Program-made: the position numbers and the translations under genes
The notes under the pieces: generated by a model
The model's database searches: none
What the model was told of the DNA's origin: nothing
What the model saw: the letters and a program-made list of their open reading frames with translations, nothing else
DNA from: Sporopachydermia quercuum
Taxonomy: Eukaryota
Direction: 5' to 3'
Assembly: GCA_001599295.1 (NCBI GenBank)
Contig: BCGN01000001.1
Coordinates: forward strand, 1,860,001 to 1,924,000
DNA: 64,000 nucleotides
Shown here: positions 11,607 through 22,356 of the stretch, piece after piece
How positions within the stretch are numbered: the stretch's first letter is position 1
Layout of the letters: every line of letters starts with the position of its first letter

Positions 11607-12535
11607 GGCACTTCTGGTTCTTCTATTCCTGAACAAATTACTTGCAACTAAAATGAGCTATTCCGTGAGGTTGTAACCATCCATTCAATTGAATAATAGA
11701 GAAAAGACATATTCTTATCAAGGGTGACATTTTGATCTTTATATAAAAACTACTATGGGGTGTGTAAGCACCAATACAAAGCATAGATACGCTTTTGTTG
11801 CTGTCAATTAAGAACCGTTTCAGAGATGTTTCGGTTCGCTCAAACCTATAAATAATAACACAACGATTCTCAACTACTCGATACTCTCCTTGACTTATTT
11901 TCTATTCAGTTTAAATCATCACTTTCCAGTTTGTATCAGAATCTCCCAAGAAAAGAATGTTTTGTATGAACATGAATAGAGCTCATCTAACTTTATTATA
12001 ATAATTTGTTGCGTAGAATATGTCAACCAGAAAGGTTTGTTTCAAATTAGCTCTAAGTTCTACATTCAATTGTTACTAACCAAAAAATGTTTGAAGCTGA
12101 ATAATAAAAATTAGGTATACACATATTCACTAAATATCACAGGACCAGTAGCAGATTGAACATTCTTCTCACCACTGTGGGAACTTCTCTTGTACTTGTT
12201 TCCTTCTAGCTTTGGGAGACTGAGTAAAGGCACGAACAAAGNAATTACAGTATGCCAAAACAGACCAGTGTCTGTTATTACGCTTATATACTAATAGTTA
12301 AACGTTGTATTATTCAATATTTATCTACCGAGCCTTCTGCTTTTCGTTTTAGTATGACTTTGAATACTATCTTAAGGCATTCCTCGGAAGATATTATCTT
12401 TCCCATACAAAATGTCTCTTAGTGATAGAAAGGTTGAGTGCGTGTTCAAGTTTTAATTCTAAAGTTTCAATTAAAGCTACCCATGAAAGCAATTNATTAC
12501 AATCGGGGCTCAAGAGAAGAAAGATAGGGTCTACC

Positions 12536-12560
12536 AGAATAGCCTAGAAGGGACCAGAAT
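12536..12560 (+). promoter_or_regulatory. Step-type heat-shock element upstream of polyubiquitin
   Basis: AGAAT/AGAAG/AGAAT units with GAA at 12537, 12547, 12557 (exact 10-bp period); TATAAATA near 13047 and STRE-like AGGGG at 13060-13064 lie closer to the gene. Confidence 0.5.
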
Positions 12561-13243
12561 CATAACCACGGAAACAATAACCATTGCAGTAACTTCCAGT
12601 TTTGTTTTGTCCGGTTAAATTTCATTTGGGACATTCAATAGTGGGTCACATTGTCAATAGCAAGTGAAAATATGACAAATTGAGACTCAAAAGAATATTA
12701 TTGTCATTCGATGTCATGGATATGATGGCTTCTCCTCATCATAATTCTCCTAAAACCGCTCATAAAATCGCCAAACTTTAAACCTGTCAAATACATGTAC
12801 ATACTAAGTGTTAAATATTAGAAGAAGTGTCGGTACCCTGACATTCGTGATTTGTTCTATGCAGCAAAAATTACATACATATTACGTTTTGGGAAGATAA
12901 GAAGCAGATTAGATGGCAAATGAGGGTTAAATCTAGCCTACGTATGACTAAATCCAATATGATAACAATTCGAATGATGCTTATAATGTGAATTTATTAG
13001 TACCATAGAAATTGCCACATTGGTCTCCATTCTTCCTTTTAGTTTGTATAAATAGTGAAAGGGGCCCGTTTATATTCCTTATTCCATCATCATCATCTTT
13101 GCAAGAAAATTTGTGAAGTTCGTTTGCGTTTATATGTCATTATAAATAATTAATTAGAAGAATTATCATTTGTAAATAGCCTGTTTCGTTGTGGTTATTT
13201 GTGTTATTAGTTAGTTTGCATTACGGTTTTTATCACTAGATAG

Positions 13244-14182
<939 letters not shown>

Positions 14183-14378
14183 ATGAATCACAATAGCTCA
14201 TTATTGTATGCATAGAATATGAAATGTGGATTGTGAATGCTGTAGTTTTCTAGTTTTTAGGTTATATATTTTAAGCAATCAATTTCGAAAAGTTTCATGA
14301 TAGAAACATAATTCATGTAAGTTATATTTCATTTATATTCTGTGAATTGAATTGTATTGTCATTAAGCTATCTAATAT

Positions 14379-15404
14379 TTACTCCATTATCACCAAATCA
14401 TTCGAGTTCTCTCTGTACATGAAGAATTGAACAAAAATGACACTGTCTTCAAAAATAGTACCAAGAGATCCAAGTAACCAAGAAAGATTGAGTAGAATAT
14501 ACTTTNNATCACTTCTGTATAGGAAAATTTGAGCGGCATATGTCAAGTTTCCAAATGTTGAAAATATGAAGAATAACAAAGAAAGACCATAAACAGACTT
14601 TCGTTTGTGATTCTGAATGATTTGAGGAATTCTAGCCCCAAGGTACAAAAATGCTGACAGATAACCTAATATTTGAGGGAGTAATGTGATCTCTTGATCG
14701 GGAGTTCCATCTTGACCGTCATTTGAGTCCTTTTGACTTGAAGAAATAAAAAATCCAACGCAACCTGCAAGGACAACAAACAAAACAGGTAAAGCATATC
14801 TCAGAAATAAAGACTTCAGAGGATGAGTAGACGACAATGCCTCCTCCAAAGAGCTTCGTCTTCTTCTACGAGAAGCTTTTGATCCCCTCCTACCTGAAGT
14901 ACTTTGTTCGTCAGCATTTGAAGGACCCGCTAGCAAAGGACCTGTTTCTTCAGTGAGCCTTCTTGATTGTGCTTGAGATTTTCTGTACGGTAGAACATAA
15001 GTGTAATAGCCATAAGAACATATGATAAGGAAATCTGATAAACAAAACCACACAGCAAGAAGAACAACTTCTGGTAACAGGTGACCAAGTAACGCGCCTG
15101 ACAAATTTGCCAAATCTCCAAGAAACCAAATCACAATGAACCCAATTGCAATACCTTCAGCTGATTGTAGTCGCCATTGTTCAATCAATTGTGGCAGTAG
15201 GAGTACAATCCAACAAGCTAAACTTGTTGAACCTGCGATTCCTGATAAATTTTTTCTCAAAGGACTAACTTCTGGTATAGTAGTGTTTCCACTAAATATT
15301 GAGGTGAAACCACCAATATCCGTCATAGTATTCATCATTGTCAAAATTTGTGACTTTTTCTGACTGGTTTCAAGCAGGTCTCGATATATTCTGCAATATA
15401 TCAT
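14379..15404 (-). CDS. PQ-loop vacuolar cationic amino-acid transporter (Ypq1/Rtc2-like); true start may be ATG 15338
   Basis: Two PQ motifs (WIVLLLPQLIEQW..SAEG; YLGARIPQIIQNHKRKSVYGLS), WLLGSLGT, acidic dileucine ETGPLL. Confidence 0.9.
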   Translation of the reverse strand: MIYCRIYRDLLETSQKKSQILTMMNTMTDIGGFTSIFSGNTTIPEVSPLRKNLSGIAGSTSLACWIVLLLPQLIEQWRLQSAEGIAIGFIVIWFLGDLANLSGALLGHLLPEVVLLAVWFCLSDFLIICSYGYYTYVLPYRKSQAQSRRLTEETGPLLAGPSNADEQSTSGRRGSKASRRRRRSSLEEALSSTHPLKSLFLRYALPVLFVVLAGCVGFFISSSQKDSNDGQDGTPDQEITLLPQILGYLSAFLYLGARIPQIIQNHKRKSVYGLSLLFFIFSTFGNLTYAAQIFLYRSDXKYILLNLSWLLGSLGTIFEDSVIFVQFFMYRENSNDLVIME

Positions 15405-15809
15405 GATTGCTCAACTCTCCACTCACATTTTAAGCAGGTGTTTAATTATTTATATAATTTTCTTCTCATCAGATCATTTAGGTCAATGAGAAGCAAACCT
15501 TAAACCTTTGTTGCAGCCTTTACTATTTGGGATTACGTTAACATGAAGGTACTGTGCTGATATTAACCGAGAATAAAAGTAATTATGAGCATCTATCCAT
15601 CCTCTGATGAAGAGAAAAGTCTGCTAGAAGAGAAGTGAACAATCAAACTTCTTTTTCTTATATTTCAGTAGAAGATGGACTTTCAATGATGATGAGAAAC
15701 GAAGAATAAACAACTAATCAAAACCATATCCAAGATTGATTCAAGTGTTAAGATTTCAATTGAATTTTCTGGATAATGATTTGATAATCATAGAATTTGT
15801 TTTGTAAAA

Positions 15810-17012
15810 ATGGTGAGTAGAGCAAGCTGACTATGAGGACTTTTGTGGTCAATAGCGACCAATTACGACTGTTTATTATATATAAACACGTTAGAAATGA
15901 ATGACAGGTATAATTTCTCGAGTGAATGAATACGAGGACTTTAATTATTTTATTAATTTGTAATTATATTGATTACTTGAGCTGTTATGTCTTGCTCATC
16001 ATAACTAAGGAATTACGTCTTCCCTTGATTATTAGTTGGCTGAGTTATTATTCTTCAAGAGTATTCTTGAAGAATAATAACTGTAGAGTGAAACTGAAGT
16101 CTTCTTTAAAAACAACGGAGTTTTCTGAATTGTTTTACTGACATTGTGGTTTTGCTTGATGACACAGCCCGCTAGTTATAAATCCAAGAAGGTAGCTGCT
16201 GCTCCTTTGACTACTCAACGCGGAAAGTCTAATTCTCAAAAGGTATGTTTATGTTATGTTATTATTTCCATCTGTCAACAACAAATTCAACATATTAACC
16301 CGTTTAGAATCTTTTGGTTGGCTCAAAACCTAGAATTTTTGGTATTGGCCAAGCCATTCAACCAAAGAGAAACTTATCGAGATTCGTAAAGTGTCCCGAA
16401 TATGTTAGATTACAAAGAGAAAAAAAGATCTTGAACATTAGATTGAAAGTACCTCCTGCAATCTCTCAATTCCAATATACATTAGATAGGAATACGGCAG
16501 CCCAAGCATTCAAATTATTCAACAAGTACAGACCAGAAACAAGTGCCGAGAAGAAAGAGCGTCTCACCAAGGAAGCGACAGCAATTGCCGATGGAAAGAA
16601 GAGAGAAGACGTTTCTGCTAATCTTCATGTTGTCAAGTACGGGTTGAACCATGTCGTTTCTCTTATCGAAAACAGAAAAGTTAAACTGGTGTTAATTGCT
16701 AGTAATGTTGATCCTATTGAGTTAGTACTTTTCTTGCCCGCTTTATGTAGCAAGATGGGTGTTCCATATGCAATTGTTAAAGGTAAAGCTAGGTTGGGTA
16801 CCTTAGTCCACTTGAAAGCATCGACCGTTGCTGCTTTAACTGAAGTTAGACCAGAAGATGAGGTATCTTTATCTACATTGATTTCTACTATTAACTCAAA
16901 TTTCACTGAGAAATACGAAGAAAACAGAAAGCATTGGGGCGGTGGTGTGATGGGTGCTAAGACTCAAGCTATGTTAGCGAAAAGGAAAGGCCAGTACTCT
17001 TCATCTGTATGA
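15810..17012 (+). CDS. RPL8: 60S ribosomal protein eL8 (L8/L7a), divergent copy; exons 15810-15812, 16168-16242, 16308-17012 (alternative start ATG 16159)
   Basis: M|PASYKSKKVAAAPL...|NLLVGSKPRIFGIGQAIQPKRNLSRFVKCPEYVRLQR...VDPIELV...GVPYAIVKGKARLGTLV...HWGGG; introns GTGAGT..TACTGAC..CAG and GTATGT..TATTAAC..TAG. Confidence 0.9.
16043..16082. repeat. Perfect 18-bp inverted repeat with 4-nt spacer
   Basis: AGTTATTATTCTTCAAGA-gtat-TCTTGAAGAATAATAACT. Confidence 0.95.
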
Positions 17013-17915
17013 ACTTTTCTTTGGAAGCATATATATATCCTGTAACAGTATTGGTAACTCATAAATAGAAAGTCAGTAATTCTTGTAGATCCTAGATGGC
17101 AGAAGCCTGATTACAATAATCACTCCTAATCGTAGTTCTTGTGTGTATCTTAAGATGGGCCTGATATTTCTACTTCAAGACCTGTTATAAGACATATTCC
17201 ACCAAATAAGATTTGACATTATTTTTCAGTACTTCGGAAAGTCTGAGGCCGGGTAACTATATTAGACCATACAATAAACAATGAAGTAGCGAATAAGAAG
17301 CAGCGATATTCCGATGATATGCTCTTTTTAGTATGACCAAGGAATTTTATTATGGGCATGGAAGTGAATAGAGAACCTAGTTAAGTTTTATAGTACATGT
17401 TATTAAATTCTAAAGACTAGAGTTGTATGGAAATCGAGTGGGCAACACTTTACAAACTGTTCATAACTCGACAACGCTTTCACAAGAAATAGATAACAGG
17501 ATAAAAGCAATCAATAAATAATTGCATTCATTTGGTGATAATCGACCGGTTGATGTAAGTAGCATACAGTCATTAGACAAATTAAAAGACATAGCAGCAT
17601 AAATCAGATTTTGAATTGAGACGAATGATGTGATTGGATATAGAGGGACACAAGTAGTATAAACCAGAAAACGTTCAACTCAACATACAACGATAAATAC
17701 CTCAAAGAGAAGTAGTAGTAGTATCAAAAGTCATTGTTAATTTACTGGCTACTTCATCTGGAGGATTATAGTTTACGGGATTGTTCACCGAGGAAAGATC
17801 GAAATCACTGCTTTGNTAGTCATCATATTTTTTACGTATTTTTATCATCAAACTAACCTTTCTTCTATTAGTGATTTGACACTAAGAATTTAGACAACAT
17901 AATAATCATATCAGA

Positions 17916-18671
17916 ATGTCACAAAAAATCATAGACTTATTTAACGACTTACTGGAGACTGTCACTCCTACCGTGGCCAAGGCCGAGGTATGTTTCATGA
18001 TTACGAAAACTTAGGTTAAAGTGACAATAAGAGCAGTTTGTACTGACAATAAGTAGGAAGACGAAGAAGAAGCTGAAGAAGAAGCTGAAGAAGAAGCCGC
18101 TGAAGAAGCTGAAGCTGAAGAGGAGGAAGAAGAAGATGATGACGATGATGATGATGATGATGATGATGAAGTAGAAGATCCTCTTGACAAAATTAGAGAA
18201 GGTATGTTCAGGACTAGCTATCTGGAGCCCAAAATGAAATCAACTTTTCAAATCTTTTTGCTAACAGATCTGTAGCTTGTGCTGAAACCGCTGTCTGTCA
18301 CCCATTCAAACATCATTTTGAAGAATGTGTTGAAAGAGTAACTCAAGCTCAAGAAGAAGACGGTTATGCTGAGTTGGAATATAAAGAAGGTATGCAAAAC
18401 TTAGGAATTTAGCAGTAGAGAGTCATATCTTGAAGTTCGGTTCAAGTTTTCTGAAAGATCCGTACTAACATTGTTATAGATTGTGTTGAAGAATTGTAAG
18501 TTTTCATTGGATTCATGCCACCGGATACATTTCAATTTCCAAACTCCAGGAACCTGACCTGTTTGACAACCAACTTTTTTGAGATTGATTTTACTAACAA
18601 TGCTAAGTTTCCATCTCCAACATTGTATCAACGATTGTGCTGCACCCAAGTTGTTCAGACTTTTGAAATGA
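17916..18671 (+). CDS. QCR6: Cytochrome bc1 hinge subunit 6, 5 exons (17916-17987, 18057-18201, 18276-18389, 18480-18495, 18608-18671)
   Basis: Spliced: MSQKIIDLFNDLLETVTPTVAKAE|acidic E/D tract..VEDPLDKIRE|ACAETAVCHPFKHHFEECVERV...YKE|DCVEEF|FHLQHCINDCAAPKLFRLLK. All four introns have a GT donor and a branch motif. Confidence 0.93.
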
Positions 18672-19293
18672 ACCAATAACAGTTGCTACCCAAAATTCAT
18701 TACTTCTTCAATTGTCACTGATACATCTTTTTGCTTTGTTCCCTGGTTTACTATCACAAGTTTTTGATTTGTCTTGCATTTCTACGTGACCTTTGGACAA
18801 GTACTATAGTTTCTGATGATTGTTGAGGTTTATTCTTGTTCAATTCATGTCCACTTTCTCAACATGTATAAAGCTGAAATGCCAATATTTATCTGGGTTA
18901 TATTTGACCTATGATGAGGTAATTTTTCATTGGATATTTTGTAGCGTATAAGCGTTCAATAAGAAACATACCGAAGTAATTATTCAGTATCATAGAATCA
19001 CTAATTTGCGAAATGTAGTGTGATACTACTTTATTTCATTAATTAACCTCTGTAAGCAAAAATAGTCAATAAAACCTAATTTAAAAGGCACAAACTGTTT
19101 TCTTTTGATTAGTAGAGTTAAAGGAAAACTAGCTTCTCAACTAAGTTATAGGCCTCTATCTCACTCACTGCTCATCTATACAAGCATTAGAGTTAGTGAT
19201 TTTTTGATTTTCTACCTACAACATCTAATAATTTGATGGATAATCCAAAATAGAAACCTAATGCCAATAAAATTCAAAAACATACTTTCTATG

Positions 19294-19400
19294 TCACGTG
19301 CCCGATATTAGGTCCATTTGAACCTAAAACGTCACTGCTGAGAACCCACGCACATTTTTTCGTTTTGATTTTTCGAAACACTGCACTATCCACGCACCTT
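19294..19400 (+). promoter_or_regulatory. RP-gene promoter motifs: Cbf1-type TCACGTG, TTAGGT-N8-ACCTAA inverted pair, two CCACGCAC repeats (Rap1-like)
   Basis: Motifs read directly 300-410 bp upstream of RPL29; factor identities inferred. Confidence 0.4.
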
Positions 19401-19700
19401 TCTAGGAACAGGTCTAGTAAGGAGCTTTAGCATATCGAGAGCATACTCAGTCGATATCTTACGACATCATAGAATAGTTAGCGAGTACTCTGGCTGGTTA
19501 TGCATTCAAAAGTTAGACCTTTTAGACCATAATCAACCACATATAAATACGTCGTATGTCCATTTTTACTATCATTCACAAATCTTAGGTAATTGAAGTA
19601 CACTGTTTGTGCATACATCTTGCTGTTACGATTTGTTCTTCTAATTGAAGTTGCATCTTTAACAATTTCGAGATATAATTATTAACAACATATACAGAAG

Positions 19701-19960
19701 ATGTCTAAATCTAAGAATCACACAAACCACAACCAAATCAAGAAGGCTCACCGTGTATGTATTTTGAAAGCTGGACAAAGTGTTTGAGTTGCATTGTTCC
19801 TTTTGCTAACAATAAGTTATAGAATGGTATCAAGAAGCCCAAGACCTTCAAGTATCCGTCTCTAAAGGGTGTTGATGCTAAGTTCAGAAGAAACCACAAG
19901 TTTGCTCTTCACGGAACCCAAAAGGCATTGGCTGCTAAGAGAGCTGAAGCTAAGGCTTAG
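19701..19960 (+). CDS. RPL29: 60S ribosomal protein eL29, 2 coding exons (19701-19754, 19823-19960)
   Basis: MSKSKNHTNHNQIKKAHR|NGIKKPKTFKYPSLKGVDAKFRRNHKFALHGTQKALAAKRAEAKA; intron GTATGT..GCTAAC..TAG. Confidence 0.97.
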
Positions 19961-20509
19961 ACTTGGTGTTGATTAATTCATTCAATCATTCGATAGGAGA
20001 GAAGATGAAATACTTTATAGGCTTTAGTGAATGTTAATATATGAAATAATTATTGAGACGATTACTTTGACATAGATCATCAAATCAAGCAGCCATTGAT
20101 CCATCAAGCGTTCTCCTGAATTATTAATTGTGCTGCAATAACGTCCTAAATATCTTAACCATTTTTTGATTAAATGTTTTAAGAAAGTGTACTCGACATT
20201 GGCTGTAAAGCTTCTTGATATTTTGAAACGTACTATTTTTCGTTTTATGCTACTATTTGTGTTTACTTTCTTATTGTATTTATTCATACTCCTTTCTGCA
20301 GTTTGAACTAGACGTATACTGTTTGTGCAACATTAAATTAGTAGTAATTGTATCCCAACAACCTTTGTTTGGCGCTTAATCGTACCTTCCTCAAAAAATT
20401 CTTTTTGTATTCTTACACATTCGTGTTGTTTACTTTCCTGCAATCTATTCTTTTATATAGTGCAATAGATCATACATTAAATTCTGTATTAGAGAATGTT
20501 ATAAAGACG

Positions 20510-21864
20510 ATGAGTAAAATCGAGTCAATTAAAGTTGAACTGGGTTTAATAGAGATCCATCAAACAGCAAATATGGCCGGTATTGAACAAATGGATGAGT
20601 CTTCAGAAGGTAAAATTGATGAAAAGATCCAAGGGATAGAATCCCAAAAGGATCAAAAGGATGCAGTTCAAGGGGACACATCTGATATTACAGAAGTCGT
20701 TGTTGATCCTCCAAAAAGATTATATGCTCGCAATGTGGACAGTCAAGTGACCGAATCGGTTTTGGAGGATTTTGTCAAATTAGCAGGATTGAACACGTAT
20801 AAAAACTCCTTTCCAGGTATATTTTTCAGGTTTTAAATACTAACATGAATGGTAATAAAGNGTATCTGTCTTAGTTCCTACTAAAACAGTAAGAAAGTTG
20901 GTCAAAAAGGAAAAGAAACCAATGGGTATAGCCTTTCTTGACTTTCAAAGTTCTGAAGACGCTGAGAAAGCGCTGAAACTTATTAATGGACAAACATTGT
21001 TGGGAAAGCAGTTGTCACTGAAATATGCCGAGCCATACGAACCAAAACCACGAAGAAGATACAAGCCAAAGTCAAAGAAAGAGAAAGATGATGAAGCAAA
21101 ACATGATAGAATCCTTGACGGATCTGAATCAGCGGCACCAGTTCTCGGAAAAGATAAAGCAAAAGGTGCATGTTTATCTTTAACACCTTCTTGCATTGGA
21201 AAGGTAAACCAAACTATTCTCTCTATCTCTCGATCTCCCTTTCTTCAAGATCACAACTAACAATACAATATGTAGAAAAGCGATGAACAAAAGTGCACAA
21301 AACAAGAAAAAGATGATAACAAAAACGGCAGCAAAGACGAGTCAAATGGAAATGGTAGACGGAGAACTAGATATCGTCATCTATCCTTCCAAAGGAGAAA
21401 TCAGACATATTCTGACTTCTCGATCTGGATATCAAACATTGCAAACGAAACAACTAAAGAACAAGTAAGTCATATCCTAGCGATTCTTTTCAAATAATGA
21501 GCAATTTTTAACAATGATATTCTAGCTGGACCAACTTTTGGCTCCTTATGAGCCATCTACCGTATCTTTGAAGTCCACATTCCACAATAGTGATAAGCTC
21601 TATGCTATTGTTGATTTCGATACAACTGGGAAGCAGCTTAAATGCATTGAAGATCTCAACAAAAGAAAATTGAACAATTTGAAGTTATCTGTCAAAAAGG
21701 CAAGAATTTCTAAAATAGCAGATAATACCAACAATGACGTTCCAAAATTAGATGAGTTGCAAACCGAAACATCAAAAGACGANGAAACCACCCTTTCCAA
21801 CGCACTTCAGGAAGAGAACAAAGAAAAACATGAACAATCTGCTGCGCCGGAAATCAATAAATAA
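20510..21864 (+). CDS. RRT5: Two-RRM RNA-binding protein, Rrt5-like; exons approx. 20510-20796, 20861-21167 (or -21203), 21276-21464, 21526-21864
   Basis: RRM1 KRLYARNV...T|VSVLVPTKTVR...PMGIAFLDFQSSEDAEKALKLINGQTLLGKQLSLKYAEPY; RRM2 SIWISNIANETTKEQ|LDQLLAPY...YAIVDF...LKLSVKKAR; sits between RPL29 and RPL2 as RRT5 does in S. cerevisiae. Confidence 0.75.
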
Positions 21865-22356
21865 AGTAAAAAAGTCCAGTGTAGAAACACNTCTTACAAA
21901 TTTCTTCCTCGTCAATNACTGATTCAATAGAATTGCATAGCTATGTAGTGACTACTTAGATGCTTATAAATTTTTTCTTGATGTATCTTCTTCATTTTAA
22001 CACTTAGCTATGAAAAAGCATTAATCAATTAAAGAAAAATCACAACCCTTTTATTATATCACGTGTACTAATACAGGTCTCATATACAAGCACATCTCCA
22101 ATTTTATCATACCATGCTCAACTATACTAAGGTAAATTTACTGAATGTTTTGGCAAAATTGCACACTGACTCCGTTTCACACTCGAAAATATTCCAATTC
22201 TCAGTTTGAGATAATGAACGGTTGAGAGCCAGCGAGCCACTCAAAACATTATCAAAGATTATCACTACTTTAATATCTACTTGCTCATAAGAAGTAGTAC
22301 ACGATCTTGATTCAGATAATCATACCTAAGGTACAATTCATTAAAAATCATCAACA

